64,000 nt of DNA from an uncultured Candidatus Saccharibacteria bacterium (GCA_964434255.1 CAYSUL010000001.1:27720-91719); one strand, 5' to 3'. Positions 18,085-28,668 are shown, counted from the stretch's first letter. Notes: a model not told the origin generated them from the letters alone. Program-made: numbers and translations.

Positions 18085-19747
18085 CGATGAGGGCGCCGTG
18101 AGGCTTAAGCGCACGGGTAGAGGTGATACGGCGCAATGATTCTATGAGGTCCTTGAACTCTTGGTTCGCGAGGAGCGCGAGAACGGCCGCAGACACCGAG
18201 AGACCTACCATACCAGCTATGAGGCCCTCCGCAAAGACGATAGGGAGCGTGGTAAGGGGCGCGAGGGTTCCGAAGTACGCCAGGACGCCGTAGGTAGCGG
18301 ACGCGCCGAGGATGGCCGCCGCAAGCCCCTCCCCGAGAGAACGAGCGAGCATGCTAGCCACGCCTGGAGCGACGCTTCGCAATGTATAGAGCGCTATCGC
18401 CGCCATGGCTATCTGCGCGAGCGTAGCGCCTAGAGCCACCGCGAGCACGCCCGTGCCCGGGACGCCCTCAACGCGCAGCAGCACTTCCATGAAGTAGTTC
18501 ACGGCGGGATACATGTTCACGAGCGTGAGCGTAACGATTGCCGCGAGCACCGACACTACCGCGCCGCCCGCCTGGATGATGAGCGGGTTCCAGGAGCGGC
18601 CCGCAGCATAGAACGCGCGGGAGCACAGGAGTATGAGGCCTTGCGCGATGAGCCCGAAGACGAGGATGGCGAGCACGGCGGCGGTGAGCCTCGTCGCATC
18701 CCAATCGAAGGCGCCTGACCCGAGCACGATACGTACGATATGGGCGCGCAGCACAAGCGCGAGTACCGAAACGATAGCCGACCAGAAGATGATATGGCGC
18801 GCGGCCACGAGCAGCGTCGCCCGGAACTCCTCGTACCGTTTCGCGTTCATATGCTCGGCGAGCACCGGGAACGCCGCGGTCGCATACGCCGCTCCAATGA
18901 GCGAGAGCGGAACCGCCTCGAGGTTACCCGCGAGCGTGAATACAGCAATACTTCCCTCGCCTGTCTGCGCGGCGATAGCAGTCAGGGCGAGCGTCGCAAG
19001 CGCTCCCACACCAAGCGCAAGCGAACGCGGCATGGAGTCGCGCGCCACTGACCACACTATCTTCGGAGAGAAGATGACGGGTCGCGGAAGGAGTCCTGCC
19101 TTCGCCACGAGCGGAACGTGTATCGCAAGATGGAGCACTGCGCCCGCCACAACCCCCCATCCGATACCGATGAGTCCCATCGTCGGATACAGGAAGAGCG
19201 TGCCGCCGATGATGCCGAGGTTGTAGAGCACGGGCGAAAGCGCGAAGAGCACGAAGCGGCGATTCACCTGCGTCACGCTCGTGATGATGCCGGAAAGTCC
19301 GAGCAGAATGGGCTGGATAAGAAGGATGCGTGTGAGCATCACGAACTCGCTAGCGTGCGGGGAGGACTCGAACGTTGGGAACAGTGCGAACAATAGCGTG
19401 GGAGCCACGACTGCGAGCCCCGCGCATATGATGCCACCACCGATGACGAGGAAAGATGCGGTGTGCGACAGCAGCTTCTTCGTCTCCTCTTTGTTCGCAC
19501 CCGCTATGCGCGGAATGAGTACGTACGCGGACACGAGCGACGCCACGATGGCGAAGACAAGGTCCGGAACACGGAACGCGGCGTAGTAGATATCGAGCAT
19601 CTCGCTTGCTCCGAACTGGTGCGCGAACAAGCGGTCGCGCAAGAGCGCTAAGATCTGCGAACCGAACGTGAGGCCGGCAAGCAGGTACGCGGCCTGGTGC
19701 AGGCCGCGTACTGGTGCTGTTATTTTCCGTAGGATGTTTCGAACCAT
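18065..19747 (-). CDS. murJ: lipid II flippase MurJ
   Basis: 560 aa, ~14 TM, MOP/MviN family pattern. Confidence 0.9.
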   Translation of the reverse strand: MVRNILRKITAPVRGLHQAAYLLAGLTFGSQILALLRDRLFAHQFGASEMLDIYYAAFRVPDLVFAIVASLVSAYVLIPRIAGANKEETKKLLSHTASFLVIGGGIICAGLAVVAPTLLFALFPTFESSPHASEFVMLTRILLIQPILLGLSGIITSVTQVNRRFVLFALSPVLYNLGIIGGTLFLYPTMGLIGIGWGVVAGAVLHLAIHVPLVAKAGLLPRPVIFSPKIVWSVARDSMPRSLALGVGALATLALTAIAAQTGEGSIAVFTLAGNLEAVPLSLIGAAYATAAFPVLAEHMNAKRYEEFRATLLVAARHIIFWSAIVSVLALVLRAHIVRIVLGSGAFDWDATRLTAAVLAILVFGLIAQGLILLCSRAFYAAGRSWNPLIIQAGGAVVSVLAAIVTLTLVNMYPAVNYFMEVLLRVEGVPGTGVLAVALGATLAQIAMAAIALYTLRSVAPGVASMLARSLGEGLAAAILGASATYGVLAYFGTLAPLTTLPIVFAEGLIAGMVGLSVSAAVLALLANQEFKDLIESLRRITSTRALKPHGALIDDRTDS

Positions 19748-19788
19748 GACGTACTTTTAGGAACCGGGAGAAGTAGCGCCAGGATGCA

Positions 19789-22200
19789 TTACGGGGTTAC
19801 GGGCGTTGCGGGTATGCCGAGCGCGCCGAGTCTTGAAGGTGGGAATGGATTCTTGCCGGCGCGGAGCTGGGCGAGGTCAGCAGCTACCGCCTGCGCGTTC
19901 GCTTCGGAGAGCGCGGCGACCGACTCAAGGTCCGCTACCGCCTGCGCGTACTGCCCCTTGATAGCGTGCATGACGCCAAGGAAGAAACGCGCGTTCGCAT
20001 ACTGCGGATTGAGCTCTACCGCACGCGCGAGCGCAACGATAGCTCCATCCGTATCGTTGTTCGCGGAACGGAGGATTCCTACCTGGAAGAGCACGACTGG
20101 GTCGTTCGGCGCGAAGTACGCTGCCGCTTCCGCCGCCTGGAGCGCTTCGCGTGCGCGACCCTGCTGCACCTCGAGTTGTGAGAGGAGGAAGATGGCCTGG
20201 GTGTAGTCACGCTTGAGGTTGATGGCGGAGACGAGGCGCTCCTCGGCCGCTGGCGCATTGCCCTGCGCTATCTCGAGCTGCGCAGCGACATATTGCAGTA
20301 CCGGCGAAGTCGGATTGAGGCTTATCGCACGCTCATACGCTGTCTTGGCGTTATCGTACGCGCCCTCGATGCGGAGCGGTACGACCGTCTGGTACACATT
20401 GCCGAGCATCGCCCAGTTCTGGTAGTTATTCGGACCGAGCTTCGTCGCAGTGAGCGCGGCCTGGATGCTTCCGGAGAGCGCGGCCTGGAATGCCTGCTGC
20501 GCGGTAGCGGGTGCGAGCGTGGTGTCGGATGCGACCCGGTTCATGCGCGCGATGCCGACCGCGCTTGCGAGCTGGTACGCCCTATCGCTTGCGGCGAACC
20601 CTATGGAGCGCTCGATGGCGCCGCTCGCCTTTTCGAGGTCGCCCGCAGAGAGCGCCTGCGCGCCGTCGGTATATGCGACTGCCGCGAGGTAGCGCTCGAC
20701 GACGACGTACGCCGCGAGGATGGATGCCAGAAGGAGGAGCGTCAGCGCGAACACGATGACGAAGCCGACCCTCGGATTCTTGGAGAACACGATTCCCCAT
20801 TCGTTCGCACGGCTCGCATGGCGAAGCGATGAGACGAAGAGACCGATGAAGAGGAACCCTATCGAGAGCACAACGGGCCCAGGTACCGTGAATACCGAGA
20901 GCGTGAGCACGTAGAGGCTGGCGACGAACGAGGATACAGCGACGAAACGCATGAACGCGTCCTGCGGCAAGCGGAAGAGGAGCGTACGGACGCCCACGAA
21001 GAGGAAGATGCCAAGAAACGCGAGCCACGCGAGCACACCGACGATGCCAGTCGTCACGAGCGAGGTCGGGATGCTGCCTATACCCGAGATGAAGTCGATG
21101 TTCCAGAAGACGGTGTCATTGATAGCGCGATCCCGGAACTTGAGCCACTGCTCGCCGAACGTGCCGGGGCCCGAACCGAAGAGCGGCGAGGAGGCATAAG
21201 TATGGCTTCCCACCTCAAAGGTCGACTGCCACGACGGACGGACGTCGATGAGATTCGTACCGAATGAGGAGACGAGCGCATTCCCGATGGTAGAACCGCC
21301 AACGATGAAGAAGATGGAAATAGCGAGCGTTATCAAGGGAGCGAGCAGCGAACGGGAGTCCGTGCCGCGTGCTTCTCCTTCGGTCTCGGAGAGAAGGAGC
21401 GCGACACCATCGAGGTCGCTCTCGTCAGAAGACGAGGTGCGGTGGCGCATGATGGCCTCTATGAAGAGCGCGAGCGCGACAAGCGCGATGAGGCTCCATA
21501 TGAGCGGAGAGTTCACCAAGGCGACGATGAGGAGACCGACGGCTCCCGCAACGTAGAGGAGGGTGCGCGTGCGGGGAGCAAGCGTGAGGAGACGTAGGGC
21601 AAGCAGCGTCGTTACCACACCCAGACCGACCACCATGCCGAGGTCAGGGAAGGAACCGATGAGATTCGTCGTCGGCGCCATGAGGCTCGGCGCAAGACGG
21701 CCGACCAGGATGAATACCACTTCAGCGACGAGCACGATGCCGAGCGTGACACCGAGCACACGGAAGAAGGTTCGATATTCCTTGCCGCGACGGAACGCGA
21801 GCGCCGTTAGGCTCGCGATCGCGGCGAGCAGGAGCACGAAGCCGAACGTATCGGTCTCGAGCTCACGACCGAAGAATGCAGCCTCGGCCGAAACTCCGGA
21901 GAAGAGGGTGGAAATCGCGTACGCGAACGGAACGAGCCAGAGCGCACCGAGGAGCACCGGGGGCGGGATAACGATGTTCCCGCGGGTAAGGCGCGCGAGG
22001 ATGAACAGAGCGAGCGCGACAAGGGCTCCTATAGCGAGAATGGAGACCTTCGTATACAGGAACGGGATAATGACTACCGGCTTGAACGGGAATATCATCG
22101 CGATCGCGGCGAGCGCGACCGTGAGCACGATGGCGAGAGTCGCTGCCTTATCGAACGAGAATCTGCGTGCCGCTGCAGATGGTGCTTGGTTTTCTTGCAT
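19789..22200 (-). CDS. O-antigen ligase-like polytopic membrane protein with C-terminal TPR repeats
   Basis: 803 aa. N-terminal multi-TM Wzy/O-antigen-ligase-like region. C-terminal TPR-like repeats. Confidence 0.75.
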   Translation of the reverse strand: MQENQAPSAAARRFSFDKAATLAIVLTVALAAIAMIFPFKPVVIIPFLYTKVSILAIGALVALALFILARLTRGNIVIPPPVLLGALWLVPFAYAISTLFSGVSAEAAFFGRELETDTFGFVLLLAAIASLTALAFRRGKEYRTFFRVLGVTLGIVLVAEVVFILVGRLAPSLMAPTTNLIGSFPDLGMVVGLGVVTTLLALRLLTLAPRTRTLLYVAGAVGLLIVALVNSPLIWSLIALVALALFIEAIMRHRTSSSDESDLDGVALLLSETEGEARGTDSRSLLAPLITLAISIFFIVGGSTIGNALVSSFGTNLIDVRPSWQSTFEVGSHTYASSPLFGSGPGTFGEQWLKFRDRAINDTVFWNIDFISGIGSIPTSLVTTGIVGVLAWLAFLGIFLFVGVRTLLFRLPQDAFMRFVAVSSFVASLYVLTLSVFTVPGPVVLSIGFLFIGLFVSSLRHASRANEWGIVFSKNPRVGFVIVFALTLLLLASILAAYVVVERYLAAVAYTDGAQALSAGDLEKASGAIERSIGFAASDRAYQLASAVGIARMNRVASDTTLAPATAQQAFQAALSGSIQAALTATKLGPNNYQNWAMLGNVYQTVVPLRIEGAYDNAKTAYERAISLNPTSPVLQYVAAQLEIAQGNAPAAEERLVSAINLKRDYTQAIFLLSQLEVQQGRAREALQAAEAAAYFAPNDPVVLFQVGILRSANNDTDGAIVALARAVELNPQYANARFFLGVMHAIKGQYAQAVADLESVAALSEANAQAVAADLAQLRAGKNPFPPSRLGALGIPATPVTP

Positions 22201-22298
22201 GGTTTCCTATTACACAGCCCTACTAATGGACTGATTATAGCTCGGAAGCCCGGCCTGCATCAGGCGGGACTGGGGACGAGTACTTCATGAAGCCGCTA

Positions 22299-22327
22299 TT
22301 TGTGAAAACAGCGTATTATCGTATAAT
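22299..22327 (+). promoter_or_regulatory. rnpB promoter TTGTGA-N17-TATAAT
   Basis: -35 at 22299-22304, -10 at 22322-22327. P1 helix starts ~3 nt downstream. Confidence 0.6.
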
Positions 22328-22329
22328 CC

Positions 22330-22666
22330 TAGCGGACCCAGGTCTGATGATCGCTGCGTATCGCAAGATGCGTAGAGGAAAGTCCGAACACAGGCCGCAT
22401 TCGTGCGGCAGCACGGTAGCGGGTAACGCCCGTCCGCCGTAAGGCGCGAGGTGCGAACAGAGACGTCCGCGGCGAAAGCCAAGGAGGCCCTTCGGGGTCA
22501 GGCCCGCCGAGATGCGGGATTGAAACGGCTAAATCCTTACCACTGTGCAAGGCCGTGCCCTTCGGGGAGCGCCGCTCGAGGCTATCGGTAACGATAGTCC
22601 CAGATAGATGGTCATCGCTCGTGGTCTCCACGAGTACAGAATTCGGCTTATGGCCTGGATCCGCTA
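22330..22666 (+). ncRNA. rnpB: RNase P RNA, bacterial type A
   Basis: P4 strands AGGAAAGTCCGAAC and ACAGAATTCGGCTTA. P1 pairing tagcggacccaggtc / ggcctggatccgcta. Multiple GNRA/UUCG-capped helices. Confidence 0.85.
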
Positions 22667-22675
22667 TACATGAAA

Positions 22676-22700
22676 AGGCTCGCCGCGAGGCGAGTCTTTT
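22676..22700. terminator. terminator gctcgcc-gcga-ggcgag-TCTTTT
   Basis: Directly after rnpB. Shared with the convergent DUF192 gene. Confidence 0.7.
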
Positions 22701-23176
22701 CAATTCCCCTGGTACGAAGAGATATCGAGCTTCGTGCCAGTATCCCACCCATGATCCTTCGCATATCCGGCCCTGGTCTCGAGCGCGAACGAGGCGGGCA
22801 CCGCGGGAGCGAGTACGCTCGGGTAGCTAGCAGGAGAGACCGAGTGCTCGATGTGCACAATGGTCCCGTCGTCCGACAGCCAGACGATATCGATAGCGAA
22901 AAGCATGTCCTTCATCCAGAACCCGTGCTTCGCTGCCTCCTCGAATATGAAAAGCATGCCGTAGTCGTCCGCGATGTCCTTCCTTCCCGAGAGTCCCTGC
23001 ATCCGTTTCTCCTGGGTATCCGCGAGCTCTATCTCGCGCGGAAGCGTTTCCGCCTTGCTGACTACCACATCCGCGGCAGATGATTCCGCTGGCGCATGAA
23101 CACGGGTATAGATAAGGAGCGCGGCGAGTATGACGATTATGAGTGCGAGCCCAGCGATGAGGAGGCGGGTACGCAT
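22700..23176 (-). CDS. DUF192 domain protein
   Basis: 158 aa. N-terminal signal/TM plus DUF192-like core (GLSGRK, DIVWL). Confidence 0.7.
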   Translation of the reverse strand: MRTRLLIAGLALIIVILAALLIYTRVHAPAESSAADVVVSKAETLPREIELADTQEKRMQGLSGRKDIADDYGMLFIFEEAAKHGFWMKDMLFAIDIVWLSDDGTIVHIEHSVSPASYPSVLAPAVPASFALETRAGYAKDHGWDTGTKLDISSYQGN

Positions 23177-23179
23177 ATG

Positions 23180-24163
23180 CTATCCGAGGGGCTCTTCTGG
23201 ATTTGCGCCGATGGTCGGAGGATCGAACACATACCTATCGGCTGCAACGAAGAGTCCGGCCATCATTACGATGAGGAAGCTCGCAGCCAGCACGTGCGGG
23301 ACGTGGTGTCGTTTCAGTTCAAGCCGGGTTACGAATGCGAGGAGTACAAGCAACAACAGCGCGCTCACTACATACAGCGTTCGCAGCAGCATCTTAGGAG
23401 ACGCGGCAACATGAGCAAGCGGAGACGCATACGAAGGTGCATCAGCTTGCGCGATAACGGATGGAGCCTCTGCATTCTCATTCCGTATCGAAGCGGCGGG
23501 AGCGGCGTCGGAAGCTGAGAATTCCGGCTCCCCCGCTGTCTCTCCGAGTACTTCGGTGGTCCCGATGGCGATGTCCTCAGCACCAGCAGGTTCGCTCACT
23601 GCGACCACTACCGGTGCGGCTACCGCAGTCTTGGCTGGGGTACCGAACATCTGCACGACGAACGTCGTCTTCTGTCCTTTGTACGTCCCTACGGCCGTCG
23701 CTATACCTATCTCCGTAAATTTGCCATTGAGTATATTCGCGCGGTGCGTGGGGGAGTCCATCCACGCGTCCTCCACGTCGTCCGAGTCAGTGAAGTCGAC
23801 CGCAAGATTCTCTCCCGCGTACGAGAACGAATACCCAGCCTCCCGGAACCAATGCCACGAGGTTTTTCCGTCGGGTGAATTGTGCGCGAAGTATCCCTTC
23901 TCGGCCATATCGTCCGCTTTGGCTTGTGCAGCCTCGTCGAGAACCGGGTTCCTCGTGAGCATGCCGAGGTCCTCGTCTTTGCGGTCCTCGTTGGCGAGGT
24001 CGACGAGGACCGCAGAGATGACCGCGGCCATGTTTTCCGAGGTGAACATCGTACGTGCGTAGAACGCGGTGGCACCAAGGAGCGCGACAGCGAAGAGCGT
24101 GACCAGGGTCATCCCGATGACGCTGAATACCTGATGGGTGAGGTGTGAGCTCTTCCTTTTCAC
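23180..24163 (-). CDS. CAP/SCP/PR-1 domain protein, membrane anchored
   Basis: CAP-domain motifs HYTQVVW-like and GHNAAY-like segments. N- and C-terminal TM helices. GTG start per ORF track; the internal ATG at 24112 is an alternative. Confidence 0.65.
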   Translation of the reverse strand: MKRKSSHLTHQVFSVIGMTLVTLFAVALLGATAFYARTMFTSENMAAVISAVLVDLANEDRKDEDLGMLTRNPVLDEAAQAKADDMAEKGYFAHNSPDGKTSWHWFREAGYSFSYAGENLAVDFTDSDDVEDAWMDSPTHRANILNGKFTEIGIATAVGTYKGQKTTFVVQMFGTPAKTAVAAPVVVAVSEPAGAEDIAIGTTEVLGETAGEPEFSASDAAPAASIRNENAEAPSVIAQADAPSYASPLAHVAASPKMLLRTLYVVSALLLLVLLAFVTRLELKRHHVPHVLAASFLIVMMAGLFVAADRYVFDPPTIGANPEEPLG

Positions 24164-24241
24164 GGAATTATTTTACCATTCGTTTAGGATACGACAAGAC
24201 CCCGCAAGCGGGGCCTTGTGCATTCCCTCTCTATCGTCCGC

Positions 24242-27200
24242 TTACGGAAGCGGCGGGAATGGCGCGATGTCCGGGCAGTAGATGTCGTTTATCTTCCACT
24301 GCGTCGTCTTGTACACGTAGCCCGTGGAATCATCCGCGTCATGGATGCCTTCTGCGGGATACGGGAACCATGGCTTGAGCACGTCCTCCCAATGCTCCTT
24401 CTGGAAGGCATGGACTGCCGCATCCGTCATGGCTCCGAAGAAGCCGGTGAGCGGTAGACCTGCGGCCATGTGCTCGTTGAGGAACCCTTGGAGCTCAAGA
24501 ACCTCGGTCGCGTCGTTCGCGATGCCCATCCTCATGAAGGTGGACAGAAGCGCGCTGCAGGCAGCATCGGTCGTAGCACCGAGCACCGCTCCTGCCGCCT
24601 TCTTCTTGCTTGAACCTCCACCACCACCTCCACTTGAAGCGATCGTAACCGTGTCATCGTCTGGCGCAATCGGTGTTGGTTCAAAGTCGTACGTAGTGAT
24701 GAGATCGGTCAGTGCAACTACAACTTTATCGAGATACCCGCCGACGCCGGTATCGCTGCCGCTCGTGTCGCCGACGTTCAGCGCGATTACGCGTACGGTT
24801 GAAGAACCAGTACTGAGCGCGTCCATGCCTGCAGGCGATGCTGGGCATGGGTACGGTGACGCAACTCCTGGTGCCCCTGTACGAGTAGTCACGGGATAGC
24901 TCTGCGTCGGATCGAAGGTTACCGTCGTGAATGCGCCGGTCGAACCGGTCACCGGCACAACGCTATAACGGCAGTCGTAGAACTTGGTCGGGCTCGACTC
25001 GCCGAAGTTCGCATAGACGCTCATGTAGAAGTGCTCTTCGACGGTGGCGTCGGGAGCAGCAATCTTGAAATCGTACGAGATGCTATCGATGTCAGCTATC
25101 TGTTCCTGAAGGAAGAGCTCGCCGATGAACTTATCGCACCCAGTTTGATCGACACCTCCCTTACAGTTGCCGTTACTTCCGTCGTAATCGTTAACGATCG
25201 GTTCTACGTAGAGACTACCGCTACCAATCGACGCATTACCGAGAAGGAATGCGAACGGCGACTGTGTCGTGGTATCGCGATTGAACATCCATCCGAGCTG
25301 ATTCTCGCCCGCTGACGTGTTGCCAGTGATGACTATTGTCTGCTCGTCGGGTTCGGTCGGCTCCCCGTCATCGAGAACATCATCGCAATCCTCGTTCACT
25401 ACGATCACATAGCGATCGCTCGTTAGGTCGGTGAATTCCGGCGCTGCGACGGTTATCGTCGTGGTCGCTACTGCATCCGCGTAGGATGTCCCCCACTTGT
25501 AGCCGACGAGGCGGTACTTGTCCGCGACGCACCGCTCTCCGTTCGCGACGACAACCGAGCCATCCGTTACTTCCGAAGTGGTGTAGTCGGCAGGAGCGTC
25601 CATAAGCGCGGTGTTGGCCGCATGCTGGAACGTTGCTCCTCCATGATTATTCCCGAGCACATACGCGCCGCTCGTGGTCGCGCCACCGTTGAGGTTCGCG
25701 GTCGTCCAGGTGGCGGTCATAGGGAAGTCAGGCACATTCGCATTGTCTACGATCTGCCCCGTCGATTCCTCATCCTGGAGGTGCTTGTAGATGTGGACCT
25801 GGAGAGTGGTTGGGTCTGGTTCCTCGTTCGCGTCATCACAATCTTCGTTCACCACGATGACGTAACGGTCGGAGGTGATGTCAGTGAAGGATGGTGCGGT
25901 CGTACTCACCTCATCGTTCTCCGCTTCAAGGAGAGTTGTGCCGGTCTTGTAGCCGACGAGGCGATACTTCCCTGGCGTGCACTGCGCATCGGCCGGAAGA
26001 ACCACACTACCATCGGTCGTTTCCTCGGTCGCGTAGTCAGCAGGTGAGGTCATGGCGCTCGTTGTTGCGCCATAGGTAGGTGCAGCGAGGCTGTAGCTCC
26101 CTGAGCCTGCGCCGAGGTTAGCTGCGTCCCACGAGGAGGTCATTGGGAACGCTGGCGCGCCTGAGCCATCGACTATCTGTTCCGTACCGTTCGCGGTCTC
26201 GAGATACTTCAAGATATATACCTTCAGCATCTCTTGTTCAGGGGGAGTGTCATCGCACTCCGTTCCGTCGATAGTGAGCTTGTAGAGGAGACCGCCAGGA
26301 TTGGTCTGATAGGTTCCGTTCGCGAGCGGGAAGTTATCTACGGTGAACACGAGTGTGTTAGCGCCGACATTGAAGTCGCCCGCGGGGATGGTTATGACGT
26401 CCTGACCGGCAGCGGTGTAGTTCTTCTCCTGCGGATCCGCGCCTATTTCAACGCCGTTCAGCTCTACCGTGTAGCCGTTATCAGCTGCGATGAGGAGCGT
26501 CGAGCTTGCGACTGCCCCATCGAGCCAGAAGGTCTTCGTGAAGGTTTCCGTCTTCCCAATGACCGTATCGGTCGCTGGATCCTCACCCCATATCCAGGAG
26601 GCGCTCTGGATGAGCGCGGTCCACGAGTTATGGATGAAGGTGACGAGCGCGGAGGCGGTACCGCCTTCAAGCGTCGTCGTATCGCTTACAAGGACGCACT
26701 GATCGACTTCCTCCTCCGGCTCCTCGCAGACACCGTTCATTCCCTTGATAGCATCGAGGTCGAAGCCGTCCGCATCATTCTGATGGAGATTAGCGTTCGT
26801 CGTATCGGTGAGCTTCACGTACCGGAACCATGGGAGACCCGTCTCGCTCACGTCGAGGCTGGTACTCCCGCCGGCGCCGTTGCCAGCCTGTTCGGTAAGA
26901 GGGAACCAGGTGCTGCCATCTTGCGACACAGTCACTGTAGCCGTCTCTGACGGGTATATGCCATTCGTTACTTCCTGTACGAGGAGGTCATCCCCTGCAC
27001 TGTCCGGGATGTACGAGTCAAACTCAATGACGATGGAGCCACCGAACCCGAGGCTGAAGAAGGATCCGTCGCTTGCGCCAAGCGCTGCGCTTGGATTCGA
27101 GCGTGCAGGGAGGACTGCACTGCCATTCTTCCGGAGACCTTGATCGGAATCCTCTACCGCATACGCCCAGGCATCACCAGGAACGCACTGCGGAGGCGGA

Positions 27201-28000
27201 GGCGTTCCGCAATCTGTATCATCGATGGTGAGCTTGTACTTGAGACCTGCAGGGTTCTTTGCGGGAGTTCCGCCTACCTGCGCCCAGTTCTTCACGGTGA
27301 AGGCGAGGGTGTGGCTTCCCGCTCCGAGCTCCGCAGCGGAAATGAGTATCGTGTCCTCCTGACCTGCATGGAAGTTGTCTTCGTCGTTCGAGCTCCCGAT
27401 AGGATTCCCATCGAGCGTGACCGCGTACGAATTGTCCGCCGCAATAACGAGCGTACCGCCCGACGAGTCGTCCGTGATGGAGAAGGTCTTCGTGAATACC
27501 TCGGTGACGTCATTGACGGGGTCAGCGATAGGGTTCTCGCCCCATATCCATTTCGCCAGCACATCGACTACCGCGGTCCACCCCGCATTCAAGGGTGACA
27601 CCTCAACGGAGGCATCTCCTCCTTCGAGCGTCGTCGTGTCGCTTAGGATGACGCACTGCGGTCCTTCGTCTATAACAACGGCCGGTTCCACTACCAGTTC
27701 AGCAGCGCGTTCGAGTACCGGTTCTTCCGTCTCTTCTACTATCTCCTCCTCTACGGGAGGAACTACGCTTTCTTCAGGCGGCACGGGTGCTGCATCTACC
27801 GATGGAGTCGGCACCTGTTCTTCTGTCTCCGACACGACCTCTTCTACGACCTCGGTCTCCACCGTAGGAACGATATCGTTCGTCTGCGCGATGGCGATAA
27901 GAGGGAAGTTGGTCGCGACGAGTGCGAACATCAAAAGGCCAGCATTGAAAGCCGCAAAGGTTTTGCGGAGTGCCGGCATGCGAGCATCATTCTTTTTCAT
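24242..28000 (-). CDS. 1252-aa secreted/surface protein with duplicated ~150-aa modules and C-terminal peptidoglycan-binding domain
   Basis: Start taken at MKKNDARMPALRK with signal/TM. Two divergent internal module pairs. C-terminal PG_binding_1-like segment ATEVLELQGFLNEH...AVHAFQKEHW. Confidence 0.75.
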   Translation of the reverse strand: MKKNDARMPALRKTFAAFNAGLLMFALVATNFPLIAIAQTNDIVPTVETEVVEEVVSETEEQVPTPSVDAAPVPPEESVVPPVEEEIVEETEEPVLERAAELVVEPAVVIDEGPQCVILSDTTTLEGGDASVEVSPLNAGWTAVVDVLAKWIWGENPIADPVNDVTEVFTKTFSITDDSSGGTLVIAADNSYAVTLDGNPIGSSNDEDNFHAGQEDTILISAAELGAGSHTLAFTVKNWAQVGGTPAKNPAGLKYKLTIDDTDCGTPPPPQCVPGDAWAYAVEDSDQGLRKNGSAVLPARSNPSAALGASDGSFFSLGFGGSIVIEFDSYIPDSAGDDLLVQEVTNGIYPSETATVTVSQDGSTWFPLTEQAGNGAGGSTSLDVSETGLPWFRYVKLTDTTNANLHQNDADGFDLDAIKGMNGVCEEPEEEVDQCVLVSDTTTLEGGTASALVTFIHNSWTALIQSASWIWGEDPATDTVIGKTETFTKTFWLDGAVASSTLLIAADNGYTVELNGVEIGADPQEKNYTAAGQDVITIPAGDFNVGANTLVFTVDNFPLANGTYQTNPGGLLYKLTIDGTECDDTPPEQEMLKVYILKYLETANGTEQIVDGSGAPAFPMTSSWDAANLGAGSGSYSLAAPTYGATTSAMTSPADYATEETTDGSVVLPADAQCTPGKYRLVGYKTGTTLLEAENDEVSTTAPSFTDITSDRYVIVVNEDCDDANEEPDPTTLQVHIYKHLQDEESTGQIVDNANVPDFPMTATWTTANLNGGATTSGAYVLGNNHGGATFQHAANTALMDAPADYTTSEVTDGSVVVANGERCVADKYRLVGYKWGTSYADAVATTTITVAAPEFTDLTSDRYVIVVNEDCDDVLDDGEPTEPDEQTIVITGNTSAGENQLGWMFNRDTTTQSPFAFLLGNASIGSGSLYVEPIVNDYDGSNGNCKGGVDQTGCDKFIGELFLQEQIADIDSISYDFKIAAPDATVEEHFYMSVYANFGESSPTKFYDCRYSVVPVTGSTGAFTTVTFDPTQSYPVTTRTGAPGVASPYPCPASPAGMDALSTGSSTVRVIALNVGDTSGSDTGVGGYLDKVVVALTDLITTYDFEPTPIAPDDDTVTIASSGGGGGGSSKKKAAGAVLGATTDAACSALLSTFMRMGIANDATEVLELQGFLNEHMAAGLPLTGFFGAMTDAAVHAFQKEHWEDVLKPWFPYPAEGIHDADDSTGYVYKTTQWKINDIYCPDIAPFPPLP

Positions 28001-28260
28001 GGGTAATGGATTAAGTGCGCACGTGTATGAAGCGCTTGATAAAAATCCTGTTGCGCGAGCCCCTCGCGCCGAACTTCCCCGCATCCATAGAAAATAGATG
28101 CCGTACCATGTGTACCTAGCATGAATAGTGGCACTCGATATATGAGGCGTCAATGAAGTCAAGAACTGTTGACAACCTGTGGATATGCTCCAGGCTGCTG
28201 ATTCTGCATACTGAATCGACTAAAAGCCCGTAGCAATGCTACAGGCCTTTAGATTCGTTG

Positions 28261-28345
28261 CGGAGGCGGAGAGATTCGAACTCTCGGAACCTTTCGGTTC
28301 ACACGCTTTCCAAGCGTGCGCACTAGACCGCTATGCGACGCCTCC
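28261..28345 (-). tRNA. tRNA-Ser (anticodon GGA)
   Basis: 85 nt. Long variable arm, anticodon loop TTGGAAA, T-arm GAGAGTTCGAATCTCTC. No CCA. Confidence 0.9.
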
Positions 28346-28375
28346 GGGTAGTGCTGTTATAGCACAAAACGTTAA

Positions 28376-28399
28376 GGGCGGCGCTGAATTGCGCCGCCC
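28376..28399 (-). terminator. hairpin gggcggcgc-tgaatt-gcgccgccc
   Basis: Perfect 9-bp stem immediately 3' of the minus-strand ORF 28408..28668. T-rich on the minus-strand side. Confidence 0.5.
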
Positions 28400-28407
28400 T
28401 GTCCTCG

Positions 28408-28668
28408 TTATTTGATTCGAACGGTGTCGATGCGTTCCCCTCGATGCTTACGATGCCGCGGCGGAGCGCCATGATGGCAGCTATTGCCGTACTGGGTACC
28501 GCCGGACCGGGCCAGGGCTTCAGGCGTCACGCCCGCGCCATGCTCGTAGAAATTGTCCTGCTGTTTCCGATGGAAACGCTGGAAACGAGCCGTATGCTCT
28601 TCCTGCGAAACCCCCTCGAACTCATCCACGTTCATCTCGACCCCATTCACCCTGATCGTGTTAGACAC
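28408..28668 (-). CDS. hypothetical protein (GTG start)
   Basis: 86 aa. High GC3 typical of host genes. GAGGGGA RBS-like upstream. Confidence 0.4.
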   Translation of the reverse strand: MSNTIRVNGVEMNVDEFEGVSQEEHTARFQRFHRKQQDNFYEHGAGVTPEALARSGGTQYGNSCHHGAPPRHRKHRGERIDTVRIK

